A stretch of 64,000 bases of DNA from Escherichia coli (GTDB lineage: Bacteria > Pseudomonadota > Gammaproteobacteria > Enterobacterales > Enterobacteriaceae), in assembly GCF_013315695.1 (NCBI RefSeq), contig NZ_CP054353.1; one strand, given 5' to 3'. Made by a program: the position numbers and the translations under genes. A model generated the notes under the pieces. That model saw nothing but the letters and a program-made list of their open reading frames with translations. It ran no database searches and had not been told where the DNA came from. Positions 21,257 to 32,631 of this stretch are shown one piece after another. Each line of letters starts with the position of its first letter. The stretch's first letter is position 1.

Positions 21257-21967
21257 TTACCCAGTAGCATATTCCAGACCGCCTTCCTGAATAATCTGAT
21301 CCATAACATCCTCACGCTCTTTATATCTCGTGCAGTGCAGTTCAAGTGCCGCGAGTACAGCCATTACCGGTGATGGTAATTTTGTCGTTTTCGGGCTGTT
21401 AATCAGATCGATCGCCTGAGCGATGAAGTTTTGCCACTCTAAAGTACAGGCGCTGAAGTCAAATGTAGCTGTTTTGTTATCCCGTTGCGACACGCCACAG
21501 GCTAAGCGACGTAACTGGGTTAATTTATCTACAGGTGTAACAGGATCTCCGGGAAAGCGGCGATGGCTTAAGGTGGTGGGTACGACTTCAAGCGGAAAAA
21601 CGACAGCAATATCTTTTGCCAGCCACGGTAAAATAACGTCTGTATTTTTGTCAGCCACGTAGATTTCTGGTGTAACTGAGGGCTGTTCCTGAATGATGGT
21701 AGAAAAGTCAGATAATTCGAGAGTTTTCGTTACCGTTCGAGTATGTTTCGATGTAGCATTCTCCGCTTGTTCCACATACCCCTTTTTCGTTTTCTCCGCA
21801 ATCAGCTTGAGTTCCGCTTTTTCCGCCGCCGCAGCATCTGCAAAGCTTTTTACCTGACTTTGCCCGTTGGTGCCGACTTTGCCCCAACTGATATTCAGTT
21901 CGTTTCCCTGCTGCTCCACCGCCCAGAATTTATGTGATTTTTCGTCCTGATAAATATAGGTTTTCAT
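21257..21967 (-). pseudogene. yehI: yehI-like WGR-domain protein, N-terminal 235 codons only, truncated by IS1 copy A
   Basis: ORF begins MKTYIYQDEKSHKFWAV (WGR) and its stop codon lies inside the IS1 terminus. Confidence 0.65.
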
Positions 21968-23658
21968 TGCAAAGTCCTTTTAATCAAAAAGTGATTCGAT
22001 GTCGTTAATGAGTTCGCTGGCGGTGATGTCGTCGAGCATGGAAAAAGTAAGTAAAGGTTGTTTACCGTAGCGATCATCTGGCGAGGTGATTTTTACGCTT
22101 TCAACAGGTAACAGGTCGCCATAACCTGTTTCGCCGTAAATTAATGAAAAATGTTCTGTTTCAAGTTCGAGATCGCCATAAGGGGTAGATTTGCGCATCG
22201 CATAGACGCTGCCGCTTTCTTCCAGGCGTTGCCAGCCTCGGCGCACTAGCCCGACAATGCGCCCTGCCTGGCAAAGACGTCCGCTCCAGCGTGTCAGTTC
22301 ATGAGTATTCTGTTCATTATCAGCAAGACGATAACTACCACGATCGAGCTGTTGGAAGGGGGGAAGCAGTTCGTAATCAGCGTAAATTTGCCTGAATGCA
22401 GCGGCAGATTCAGGGGGGATTTCCAGCATATGCGGAATACCGATGTTTCCTGCTGGTAGCGTGAATAGCTCATCCTGCATATCGCTGTAAGTGCTGTCTT
22501 CTGCGACCCGGAAGCAGGCAATCAGCGTGTTTTCCTCAGTATATACCCCCCATAACAGTCGTCGGGTTAAGTGACGTACCAGTGGGTGCTCCACCATGAA
22601 CAGGCGGAACTGCTCTGTTGTCCAGCGTCTGCGCTGGCACATAGCCTGTTCCAGACGATCAATCTGCTGGCTGGCTATGGCGCGTACATCTTTTTTCAAC
22701 TGTTTGAAGAGGTTAACGGCGTCAGTTGCCAGTGTTTTATCATCGCTCTGGTTTGGTTTGGGTAAGTCTTTCAGGACTTTGCCGTTTGCGTCACGAACCA
22801 TGGGTTTTAAGGTTTCGTCAAAACCAACGGTGAATTGACGTGGGCCGAAATCAAGTGTCAGCGAGCCGTTGATATCAAGCCCCAAATCTGGAGCCAGACG
22901 GTCTTCCAGTTCAGCCATTGTCAGTCCGCGATTTTTGGCGACCATATTGATTTTGTCGCTCGCATGTTCCTGCAATGCGGCGAATTTAATTTTTTGCGCA
23001 ATGCCATTAAGCAACATTAGCGCAATGTCGCTACCGATACTGGCTAACACATCCAGCCCGTAAACCGCGCGTTTATGCTGGGATTCACCCGGCCAGGCGC
23101 GGATAAGCGGGGTTAATTTACGCGCGGTGTCGTCATCGCCTAAAATTCCCAGCGAGGTAAATGCCCAGTTTTCTTTTGCGGGAGCGCCAGCTTCTGTCCA
23201 GGCGGTATACAGATCCCAGCCAAAGTCAGCCAGGGAATCGCGGGTGAAGGTGTCTTTGATGATCTCCAGCCCAGCGTAGGCGGTAATGTCGCGTGAAAAG
23301 CTCAACATAGTGCCGAGGTGGCGCATAGCGTCATCTGGCAGAGGCAGGTTGTTACTTTTAAGCCGTGGTCTGCGCCATAAGGTGAACTGATAAAAGCCGG
23401 GCAGTGGGGCGATTTTTGCGGGATGATCCTCAAGCGGATCGCTATCAAATAATGTTGCCAGCGCTGCTAAAATATCAGGTTGATTATATCCTTGGGCGAT
23501 TTCCTCAATCGTTTCTCGCTGGTTTAATTTCACTAGCAGGAGGAGTGCCTGGCGGGCATATTCCCGATTTTGGCACGGTTTGCCCAGCGCCAAAGGCAGT
23601 AGCCCGGCGGCGGCATGGCGCGGGTTATTTGCCAGCCAATTAACGGCATCCTTGTAAG

Positions 23659-25084
23659 TAATGCCAGTCAGTTAAGCAACTGACTGGCTCTTTTTCGGGG
23701 CTGTGGGGTATTTCCAGGGCCTCTCCTTTACCACTCTCGGGAAGGCCCTTTCCCTTCTTGTCGGTAATTTCACAAGTTGTCCCATACTTGCAAGATCGCG
23801 CATCAGCTCCGGTATACGTCCCGGTGAAGCGCCCTGCAATGTCATCAGCATTCTCATCACCATTCCGCATGATTCTGAGAAACTCAGTTGATTCGGCCAG
23901 TAACCTTTCAGATGTTCCGCCATTTTAATCATCTGATATCTCACCAGATTATAAGCCAGTAAGACACCCCACAGCTCTTGCTCCACAAGCTCCGGTTTTT
24001 TACTTCTCAGCGTCAGCCTGCTCAGTTGCATCGTCTGTTTTATCTCCCTGTATCCCAGTTCGATTTCCCAGCGATGACTGTACAGATCCGCCATTTCTCC
24101 TCCGGGGAAGCGCATGGCGTCCGTCATCGACGTCAGCAGATGGCAGACTTTTCCTTTGCGCGTCACGGTCAGCAGGCGGGCTGTCACTTCATTTCCCAGT
24201 CCCGGCCACTTTTTTCGTGCCTGCGGGCTGGTTTTCAGCTTCACCAGATGATCGCCTTTACCCAGTTTTCTGATCTCTTCATATTGCGCTCCCTTTCTGA
24301 GAGGTATCATCCAGTGGCGGTGTTCTCCCGCCAGGCTCCAGGCATTTAACAGTCCCAGTGAGTAATAACCTTTATCCATTAACGTCAGAGTGTTATCGCC
24401 GGTTTGTTCTATAAGTTGCTCAGCAAGCTCATTTTCGCTGTTCTTCATCGTGCCGAAGGCTGCAGCCGTCAGCAGATGGCTGGTCAGTTCCATCTGGCAG
24501 ACCATTTTGACCTGCGGGTAGAGCGCCGGGTTCCCGGCATGTGTCTGGCGGGGGAAGGCTGCATCGTTCTCTGGTGTATCCGGTGTGCGCCAGAACACAC
24601 CATCGATGGCCAGCAGGGTCAGGCCGCACCAGTGCGGATGCGGCGTGGCGTTATGCCAGAGCTGCGCTGTTTTCGTGAACACGCGGCGGACAGCCTCACT
24701 TCCCAGGCGCTGGCGGGCCTGAATAACGGCACTGGGGGCAACGAAGGGGCGATTGCCCGGCAGCATGATGTCCAGGCGATTCACAATCTGGTGAAGAGGT
24801 TCTTTACGCTCAAGCGCCATGCCAACAATACACCAGACCATCATTTCGAGGGGAAGACGGCGCTTGCGTAGCGTTACAGTACCTGATTCGGCAAGGCAAC
24901 GAGAGATGAGTTCGGGGTCGAGGTAATCCCCCAGAGAAGTCAGTGGGTTACGCAGAGAATCGTAACGGGATACCAGATCAAGAGCCTGTCCAATGTGCAT
25001 AAAAAAATCCGGAAACAAGTGAGCGTTTCCGGATTCTTACACAGCCACTGGATCGGTCAACTGATCCTTAACTGATCGGCATTA
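23659..25084 (-). mobile_element. IS4 (1426 bp) with 12-bp target-site duplication catccttgtaag
   Basis: Termini taatgccagtcagttaag … cttaactgatcggcatta; identical 12-mers at 23647-23658 and 25085-25096. Confidence 0.9.
23672..25000 (-). CDS. insG: IS4 transposase (DDE family)
   Basis: ORF 23672..25018; likely start at [10 protein letters not shown]. Confidence 0.85.
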   Translation of the reverse strand: MHIGQALDLVSRYDSLRNPLTSLGDYLDPELISRCLAESGTVTLRKRRLPLEMMVWCIVGMALERKEPLHQIVNRLDIMLPGNRPFVAPSAVIQARQRLGSEAVRRVFTKTAQLWHNATPHPHWCGLTLLAIDGVFWRTPDTPENDAAFPRQTHAGNPALYPQVKMVCQMELTSHLLTAAAFGTMKNSENELAEQLIEQTGDNTLTLMDKGYYSLGLLNAWSLAGEHRHWMIPLRKGAQYEEIRKLGKGDHLVKLKTSPQARKKWPGLGNEVTARLLTVTRKGKVCHLLTSMTDAMRFPGGEMADLYSHRWEIELGYREIKQTMQLSRLTLRSKKPELVEQELWGVLLAYNLVRYQMIKMAEHLKGYWPNQLSFSESCGMVMRMLMTLQGASPGRIPELMRDLASMGQLVKLPTRRERAFPRVVKERPWKYPTAPKKSQSVA

Positions 25085-27322
25085 CATCCTTGTAAGCCAT
25101 TTTTTTCTGTAACCGCTGCGCCATTGGTAAGGCTAGTTCACTGGCCCCAATAAAGAGGGTGAATATCCACAGTCGTTGATGATCTCGTTGCAAGCAGGTC
25201 ATAAACGAAGGAATGGCCGTACTGCCAAAAATCCCCAGAATCTCTTTCTCACCTGAATATTGCTCCTCAATGATTATTTGGTTGAGAAATGAAATCGCCT
25301 GTTGTCCCGGTAAGTAACAAAGTGCAGATAGATTCCAGCTCTTGTTGGCATTGTTGTGATATTTCGCAAACTCAGCTTTTAGTGTTGGAAAATCAAAGCG
25401 CAACAAGGCATCAACAGCGCTTTGCGGTATATATTTTTTTTCATGCAAGTCATCCTCGCAATGCCGCCATTCATTAAAACCTAATTGCCAAAGGATTTGT
25501 TGTTCTGGTGTAAAAGGAATGAAAGATGTCTCCCAACTTTCTTTTTCAATTAGTGGCAGATCGGTAAATAAGGTTTGCTGTGATGCCTGATATTGCGCGA
25601 TTTCACTGAATCTGGATATGTCAGTATGACTGATTAACTCTGTAATTCCAGGTGTGATATCCGTCACGGCTGGAACAGGAAGCACAGGTAAATCAAATAC
25701 GGGTATTACATTTTTCTTCTTATTTATTACCCACGGTGGAGCGACAAATAGCTGCGGTAGCATATCCGCAGTAGCGTATTCATATTCTTCAGCGACTGAC
25801 TGAGGACGACATTCAGATAAGATGCCTGCCGCCTTAGCATTAACCCAGGGAATGACGTCGCATACTAACTCTGGCGTGATGGTAATCAATTTGACAAGCG
25901 CTTTATGCCACTCTTTATCTTCATGTATTGCCAGCAAAGTTGCATAAGCGGCAATAGCCGCAGCGGGATGTTTTTGACAGGCTTTGCTTAAGTATTCCAG
26001 GTGCTTTTTCTTGCCAATTACACCGAGGATCAGAATTTGAATCGCATCCGGGTGATTCGTTTTCCATAACCATTTGACAAGATCTTCAGTCTCGCTGATG
26101 CGCTCGAAGAGATAAGTGGGATTGTCAGAATGCTCTTCCACAAACTCAGTAAGTATCCGGCTTACACCGCTCACCCCATTATTTGCCAGCAACATTGCCA
26201 GATAAGCGCGAAAATCACGATATAACGGTGGGAAGTCGTATTTTTCTGCTGCAGTCAGAGCGGCATCATCGGTTACTACCAGTCTTAACCAGGTCATCGC
26301 CGGAACGTTTTGGTCTGCGTAACGTAGAGCCATAGCATTGGCAATATCCGGGCGTTCAGGGAGCAGTAACGCCGCAAAAGGTTGCCGTGCTGGGGATAGC
26401 GTCGGAATAGCAGTAAGCACTTTATTCACACAGCGTTGCCACTCATCTTCTGAAGCGAGTGAAAGATGATGACATAGACGTTGATGCCAACTCGGTAGCG
26501 ATTCTGCTTTGTGACCAGGTGGAATGATGGTGGTGACTGCGCCTTTTACTGGTTTATATTTGAGTTGAAGAGCAAAAAGGGCGATTTCAACGGCACTTTC
26601 CAGACCACAGCGAATGACTAAGTCATCGACCAGTTCATCTGCAGAGTAAGAGTTCCAAAAACTCCAGAGCAATGCCGCATCAGATTGCGCACTCCCTGTT
26701 TGTTGATTGTCCAGAATTCGACTTTGTAACTCGGCAAACGCTTGCTGCCAGTTTTCAGGATAAGAGCGGTAATTATTGTCGGGGTCATATGCCCTGGTGT
26801 TATTCGCAATGCGCTGCCATATTTGACCATCTTTGTGCAGATAATTGATCTCTCTGGGGCGAGAGCGATGTGGAAAAGCAAATCGATTAATATCGTCAGT
26901 GACAGGAATGACTGCATCATCAGCCAGCCATGGGTGTTTATTTTGACTCACAGGGGGAGTTTTAACTTCAGGAGTGGCTTTGGTGACTGGAGGGAGATAT
27001 ACGTTTGCCGAATTGCCTTCCACATACCCCTTTTTCGTTTTCTCCGCAATCAGCTTCAGCTCCGCTTTTTCCGCCGCCGCAGCATCCGCAAAACTTTTTA
27101 CCTGGTTTTGCCCTTTGGTGCCAACTTTTCCCCAACAGATATGCAACTCGTTTCCCTGCTGCTCCACCGCCCAGAATTTATGTGATTTTTCGTCCTGATA
27201 GATAAAGTGTTTCATTCTGCATTCCTGTAATTTTATCCAGTTGAATGCTGATGCTACCAGTATTTATGCGGGTTAGAGAGAGACAAAATCGCAAGAAAAC
27301 AACTTTAGGAATTTATAAAGAA

Positions 27323-27346
27323 AAGGCGCTGTCGATGCAGCGCCTT
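27323..27346. terminator. Bidirectional hairpin between metG end and molR start
   Basis: aaggcgctg-tcgatg-cagcgcctt with T-run on the minus strand. Confidence 0.55.
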
Positions 27347-27355
27347 GAAGGGGGA

Positions 27356-29389
27356 TTATTTCACCTGATGACCCGGTTTAGCACCAGCATCCGGGCTTAG
27401 CAGGAAGATATCTTTCCCGCCAGGACCGGCAGCCATCACCATGCCTTCGGAGATACCGAAGCGCATTTTACGTGGTGCCAGGTTAGCCACCATAATGGTG
27501 TGACGACCAATCAGTGCCTGCGGATCCGGGTAAGCAGAACGAATGCCGGAGAAGACATTGCGTTTTTCACCGCCGAGATCCAGCGTCAGGCGCAGCAGTT
27601 TGTCAGAACCTTCAACAAACTCTGCGTTTTCGATCAGCGCCACGCGCAGGTCAACTTTGGCGAAGTCGTCAAAGGTGATGGTTTCCTGAATCGGATCATC
27701 TGCCAGTGGGCCAGTAATTGGCGCGGCAGCTGCTTTCACTTCTTCTTTAGACGCTTCCACCAGTGCTTCAACCTGCTTCATATCGATGCGGTTATACAGC
27801 GCTTTGAACGGATTCACTTTGTGGCCCAGCAGCGGTTGCTGGATACCATCCCAGGTCAGTTCTGTATTGAGGAATGCTTCTGCGCGCTCGGTCAGTTTCG
27901 GCAGTACCGGCTTCAGGTAAGTCATCAGCACGCGGAACAGGTTTATGCCCATTGAGCAAATTGCCTGCAGGTCGGCATCGCGGCCTTCCTGTTTTGCCAC
28001 CACCCACGGAGCCTGTTCATCGACATAGCGGTTAGCCAGATCAGCCAGCGCCATGATTTCGCGTACTGCTTTACCAAATTCGCGGCTTTCCCACGCTTCA
28101 CCAATCACTTCAGCGGCATCAGTGAAGGTTTTGTACAACTGCGGGTCAGCCAGTTCGCTTGCCAGCACGCCGTCAAAACGCTTGTTGATAAAGCCCGCAT
28201 TACGAGAGGCCAGGTTAACCACTTTGTTAACGATATCGGCATTCACGCGCTGAACGAAATCTTCCAGGTTGAGATCGATATCATCAATGCGCGAAGAGAG
28301 TTTCGCAGTGTAGTAGTAACGCAGGCTGTCGGCGTCAAAATGATTCAGCCAGGTGCTGGCCTTAATAAAGGTACCGCGAGACTTAGACATCTTCGCGCCG
28401 TTCACCGTCACATAGCCATGAACAAACAGGTTGGTCGGCTTGCGGAAGTTGCTGCCTTCCAGCATTGCTGGCCAGAACAGGCTGTGGAAGTAAACAATAT
28501 CTTTACCGATGAAGTGGTACAGCTCGGCGGTGGAGTCTTTCTTCCAGTATTCATCGAAGCTTACGCTGTCGCCGCGCTTGTCGCACAGATTCTTGAAAGA
28601 ACCCATATAGCCAATCGGCGCATCCAGCCAGACGTAGAAATATTTACCCGGCGCGTTCGGAATTTCAAAACCGAAGTACGGCGCGTCGCGGGAGATATCC
28701 CACTGTTGCAGGCCGGATTCAAACCACTCCTGCATTTTATTTGCCACCTGCTCCTGCAACGCACCGCTGCGGGTCCATGCCTGCAACATTTCGCTGAAAG
28801 AGGGCAGATCAAAGAAGAAGTGTTCAGAATCACGCATTACCGGCGTAGCGCCAGAAACCACCGATTTCGGTTCGATCAATTCAGTCGGGCTGTAGGTCGC
28901 GCCGCAGACTTCGCAGTTATCGCCGTATTGATCCGGGGATTTACATTTCGGGCAGGTGCCTTTCACAAAACGGTCCGGCAGGAACATGCCTTTTTCCGGA
29001 TCGTACAGCTGAGAAATAGTGCGGTTTTTAATAAAACCGTTTTCTTTCAGGCGGCTGTATATAAGCTCTGACAGCTGACGGTTCTCTTCGCTGTGCGTAG
29101 AGTGGTAATTGTCGTAGCTAATGTTAAAGCCTGCGAAATCAGTCTGATGCTCCTGACTCATTTCGCCAATCATCTGCTCCGGGGTGATACCGAGCTGCTG
29201 AGCTTTCAGCATGATCGGTGTACCGTGGGCATCGTCGGCGCAGATGAAGTTGACCTCGTGGCCGCGCATTCGCTGGTAACGGACCCAGACATCAGCCTGG
29301 ATGTGCTCCAGCATATGGCCGAGGTGGATTGAGCCGTTAGCGTACGGCAGTGCGCACGTCACCAGAATTTTCTTCGCGACTTGAGTCAT
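27356..29389 (-). CDS. metG: Methionyl-tRNA synthetase
   Basis: ORF 27356..29398; start [26 protein letters not shown] (HIGH motif), KMSKS present; 677 aa. Confidence 0.95.
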   Translation of the reverse strand: MTQVAKKILVTCALPYANGSIHLGHMLEHIQADVWVRYQRMRGHEVNFICADDAHGTPIMLKAQQLGITPEQMIGEMSQEHQTDFAGFNISYDNYHSTHSEENRQLSELIYSRLKENGFIKNRTISQLYDPEKGMFLPDRFVKGTCPKCKSPDQYGDNCEVCGATYSPTELIEPKSVVSGATPVMRDSEHFFFDLPSFSEMLQAWTRSGALQEQVANKMQEWFESGLQQWDISRDAPYFGFEIPNAPGKYFYVWLDAPIGYMGSFKNLCDKRGDSVSFDEYWKKDSTAELYHFIGKDIVYFHSLFWPAMLEGSNFRKPTNLFVHGYVTVNGAKMSKSRGTFIKASTWLNHFDADSLRYYYTAKLSSRIDDIDLNLEDFVQRVNADIVNKVVNLASRNAGFINKRFDGVLASELADPQLYKTFTDAAEVIGEAWESREFGKAVREIMALADLANRYVDEQAPWVVAKQEGRDADLQAICSMGINLFRVLMTYLKPVLPKLTERAEAFLNTELTWDGIQQPLLGHKVNPFKALYNRIDMKQVEALVEASKEEVKAAAAPITGPLADDPIQETITFDDFAKVDLRVALIENAEFVEGSDKLLRLTLDLGGEKRNVFSGIRSAYPDPQALIGRHTIMVANLAPRKMRFGISEGMVMAAGPGGKDIFLLSPDAGAKPGHQVK

Positions 29390-29520
29390 AGTAGGCATTA
29401 CTTCTTAATAGTGAAAAGGGGTTAGATAGTACCAAATGGGAAAATGTTAAGTAAGTACTTCTCTATATTCTTCAGGTAAACTATCAGCTGATGGTTTATC
29501 TATACAAAAAAGGAGTCGGG

Positions 29521-30630
29521 ATGAACGAACAATCCCAGGCCAAATCACCAGAAGCCTTGCGCGCAATGGTCGCCGGGACACTGGCCAATTTTCAGCACCC
29601 AACCCTGAAGCATAACCTCACCACGCTGAAAGCGTTGCACCATGTCGCCTGGATGGACGACACGTTGCATGTGGAACTGGTTATGCCATTCGTCTGGCAT
29701 AGCGCGTTCGAAGAGTTAAAAGAGCAATGTAGCGCCGAACTGCTGCGTATCACCGGGGCGAAAGCTATCGACTGGAAACTGTCGCACAATATCGCCACCT
29801 TAAAACGCGTGAAGAATCAGCCGGGAATTAACGGCGTGAAGAACATCATTGCGGTCAGCTCCGGTAAAGGCGGCGTGGGTAAATCCTCCACGGCGGTAAA
29901 CCTGGCGCTGGCACTGGCGGCGGAAGGGGCGAAAGTCGGCATTCTGGACGCCGATATCTACGGCCCATCAATCCCCACCATGCTGGGCGCAGAAAATCAG
30001 CGTCCAACTTCGCCGGACGGTACCCACATGGCACCGATTATGTCTCATGGCCTTGCAACCAATTCAATTGGTTATCTGGTCACTGACGACAATGCGATGG
30101 TGTGGCGTGGTCCGATGGCGAGCAAGGCGTTAATGCAAATGTTGCAGGAAACCTTGTGGCCGGATCTCGACTATCTGGTGCTTGATATGCCGCCAGGCAC
30201 CGGTGACATTCAATTGACACTGGCACAAAACATTCCAGTAACTGGCGCGGTAGTGGTCACCACCCCGCAGGACATTGCGTTGATCGATGCGAAAAAAGGC
30301 ATTGTGATGTTCGAGAAAGTCGAGGTTCCGGTGCTCGGTATTGTCGAGAACATGAGTGTGCATATTTGCAGTAACTGTGGTCACCATGAACCGATTTTCG
30401 GTACCGGTGGTGCAGAGAAACTGGCCGAGAAATACCACACGCAGTTGCTGGGGCAGATGCCGTTACACATCTCCTTACGTGAAGATCTCGATAAAGGCAC
30501 GCCAACGGTTATCAGCCGTCCGGAGAGCGAATTTACCGCTATCTACCGCCAGCTGGCTGACCGCGTTGCAGCCCAGCTTTATTGGCAGGGAGAAGTCATT
30601 CCTGGCGAGATTTCCTTCCGCGCGGTCTAA
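29521..30630 (+). CDS. apbC: Fe-S cluster carrier ATPase ApbC (Mrp)
   Basis: ORF 29491..30630; start MNEQSQAKSP; P-loop GKGGVGKS; CxxC motif. Confidence 0.9.
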   Translation: MNEQSQAKSPEALRAMVAGTLANFQHPTLKHNLTTLKALHHVAWMDDTLHVELVMPFVWHSAFEELKEQCSAELLRITGAKAIDWKLSHNIATLKRVKNQPGINGVKNIIAVSSGKGGVGKSSTAVNLALALAAEGAKVGILDADIYGPSIPTMLGAENQRPTSPDGTHMAPIMSHGLATNSIGYLVTDDNAMVWRGPMASKALMQMLQETLWPDLDYLVLDMPPGTGDIQLTLAQNIPVTGAVVVTTPQDIALIDAKKGIVMFEKVEVPVLGIVENMSVHICSNCGHHEPIFGTGGAEKLAEKYHTQLLGQMPLHISLREDLDKGTPTVISRPESEFTAIYRQLADRVAAQLYWQGEVIPGEISFRAV

Positions 30631-30660
30631 CGCGTATTAACCTTTTTGGTTGTTTTTCAT

Positions 30661-30700
30661 ACACCGCAGAGATGTACATTGATGCGGTGTATTTGTTTTT
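30661..30700 (+). terminator. Intrinsic terminator after apbC
   Basis: acaccgca…tgcggtgt hairpin followed by atttgttttt. Confidence 0.55.
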
Positions 30701-30891
30701 GCCGCATTAATGAACACTTATTTAATGCTACGAATATTCTGCGGACCTTCGTCCGAAACTCTATAAAGTCGATTGATCGTACAGGCAATGCTTCATTATC
30801 ATCCTTCGTGGCTGTGTAGTGGATGTACAGCTATAGTTTGTTATGCACTCATTCTATCCAGGCATAACCTTTACTACAGGGATAACGTTCA

Positions 30892-31148
30892 ATGAATAAG
30901 TACTGGCTGTCAGGAATTATTTTTCTTGCCTATGGAATGGCTTCTCCCGCGTTCTCTTCACAGACTGCCACATTAACGATTAATGGCAGGATCAGTCCCC
31001 CAACATGCAGTATGGCTATGGTTAATGGTCAACCTCAACAGCATTGTGGTCAGTTAACGTATGATGTTGATACCCGTCATCAGGTTTCTTCGCCAGTCAA
31101 AGGTGTAACGACAGAAGTGGTTGTTGCAGGTAGCGATAGCAAACGTCG
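30892..31148 (+). pseudogene. yehE: yehE, 3' end truncated by IS1 copy B
   Basis: ORF 30892..31170 has a signal peptide then runs into the IS1 left end, which supplies the last codons and the stop. Confidence 0.65.
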
Positions 31149-31203
31149 GGTGATGCTGCCAACTTACTGATTTAGTGTATGATGGTGTTTTTGAGGTGCT
31201 CCA

Positions 31204-31479
31204 GTGGCTTCTGTTTCTATCAGCTGTCCCTCCTGTTCAGCTACTGACGGGGTGGTGCGTAACGGCAAAAGCACCGCCGGACATCAGCGCTATCTCTGCT
31301 CTCACTGCCGTAAAACATGGCAACTGCAGTTCACTTACACCGCTTCTCAACCCGGTACGCACCAGAAAATCATTGATATGGCCATGAATGGCGTTGGATG
31401 CCGGGCAACAGCCCGCATTATGGGCGTTGGCCTCAACACGATTTTACGTCACTTAAAAAACTCAGGCCGCAGTCGGTAA
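31204..31479 (+). CDS. insA: IS1 InsA
   Basis: Identical to the other copies. Confidence 0.9.
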
Positions 31480-31901
31480 CCTCGCGCATACAGCCGGGCA
31501 GTGACGTCATCGTCTGCGCGGAAATGGACGAACAGTGGGGCTATGTCGGGGCTAAATCGCGCCAGCGCTGGCTGTTTTACGCGTATGACAGGCTCCGGAA
31601 GACGGTTGTTGCGCACGTATTCGGTGAACGCACTATGGCGACGCTGGGGCGTCTTATGAGCCTGCTGTCACCCTTTGACGTGGTGATATGGATGACGGAT
31701 GGCTGGCCGCTGTATGAATCCCGCCTGAAGGGAAAGCTGCACGTAATCAGCAAGCGATATACGCAGCGAATTGAGCGGCATAACCTGAATCTGAGGCAGC
31801 ACCTGGCACGGCTGGGACGGAAGTCGCTGTCGTTCTCAAAATCGGTGGAGCTGCATGACAAAGTCATCGGGCATTATCTGAACATAAAACACTATCAATA
31901 A
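31398..31901 (+). CDS. insB: IS1 InsB
   Basis: Identical to the other copies. Confidence 0.9.
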
Positions 31902-31967
31902 GTTGGAGTCATTACCTAAATAGGCTTGATGAAAGTTCTATTTCTATATTTTTCAATATACAAATTT

Positions 31968-31995
31968 CCCCAAAAACGGCGTGAATATCACGCCG
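31968..31995 (-). terminator. Intrinsic terminator for the 94-aa ORF
   Basis: cggcgtg-atat-cacgccg hairpin followed on the minus strand by ttttt. Confidence 0.55.
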
Positions 31996-32000
31996 ATCAA

Positions 32001-32285
32001 TCATACTTCAGAACACATACTCAATGTGTAAACAGCCATCTCTCCATCGGGATTAGAAGGGCGTAATACAAATATCGGTATACTGCCATTGTCAATGTAT
32101 GTGGCTGCAACCCCTCCGTCAGGTGTAGCATACAAATCAAGTCCTTCACAAAACTCTTTTGCCGTAACCTTTTTAAGATGGTCAGCATATTTGATCATCT
32201 GGAGGTGCATTTCCATCGTTTGGCTATTTCGTGGTGCGCTGCTAATGGCTTGCTTAATGTTCTCGTAGATCTGGGTTTCTGTCAT
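32001..32285 (-). CDS. Hypothetical 94-aa protein of unknown function (orphan gene divergent from thiM)
   Basis: Clean ORF (MTETQIYENIKQ…) with its own terminator and an AT-rich upstream region carrying a perfect palindrome; I do not recognise the family. Confidence 0.5.
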   Translation of the reverse strand: MTETQIYENIKQAISSAPRNSQTMEMHLQMIKYADHLKKVTAKEFCEGLDLYATPDGGVAATYIDNGSIPIFVLRPSNPDGEMAVYTLSMCSEV

Positions 32286-32316
32286 TGTTTATCCCACCTA
32301 TCAAATTTAGAAAAAT

Positions 32317-32338
32317 AATATTAATTAGCTAATTAATA
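32317..32338. promoter_or_regulatory. 22-bp perfect palindrome atattaattagctaattaatat, candidate operator
   Basis: Perfect dyad symmetry read directly; lies about 32 bp upstream of the 94-aa ORF start. Confidence 0.4.
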
Positions 32339-32494
32339 TAATCAATGGTTTTCACCATCTGAATGATAGTCGCTAATTGTTTCTTTTTCATTCCTTCTAT
32401 GGGGTACAAAATGGGGTACACAGAGAAGAAGCAATTAATGGAGGCGAGCTTGCATCTGCAAGCCACTTCCCCTAAGCTGGCACAAAATATAGAG

Positions 32495-32631
32495 ATTCAA
32501 CCAAACGACTCGGGGTGCCCTTCTGCGTGAAGGCTGAGAAATACCCGTATCACCTGATCTGGATAATGCCAGCGTAGGGAAGTCACGGACCACCAGGTCA
32601 TTGCTTCTTCACGTTATGGCAGGAGCAAACT
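32495..32631 (+). promoter_or_regulatory. TPP (THI-box) riboswitch in the thiM leader
   Basis: Contains ggggtgcccttctgcgtgaaggctgagaaatacccgtatcacctgatctggataatgccagcgtagggaa, the classic thiM THI-box, directly upstream of the thiM start. Confidence 0.85.

Larger units (their letters stand above)
20494..21261 (+). mobile_element. IS1 copy A (768 bp), no target-site duplication
   Basis: Terminal inverted repeats ggtgatgctgccaacttactgat … atcaataagttggagtcattacc; flanks cgacaggca and cagtagcat differ. Confidence 0.95.
21980..27215 (-). pseudogene. molR: molR-like WGR/DUF4132 gene interrupted by IS4
   Basis: N-terminal ORF 25068..27215 and C-terminal ORF 21980..23593 on the same strand; removing IS4 plus one copy of the duplication joins them in frame into a 1265-codon ORF. 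Confidence 0.75.
31149..31916 (+). mobile_element. IS1 copy B (768 bp), no target-site duplication
   Basis: Same termini as copy A; flanks caaacgtcg and taaataggc differ. Confidence 0.95.

Noticed and set aside
28340-29071. 243-aa plus-strand ORF inside metG
   Set aside because: Antisense to an essential, well-supported gene; no independent signals.
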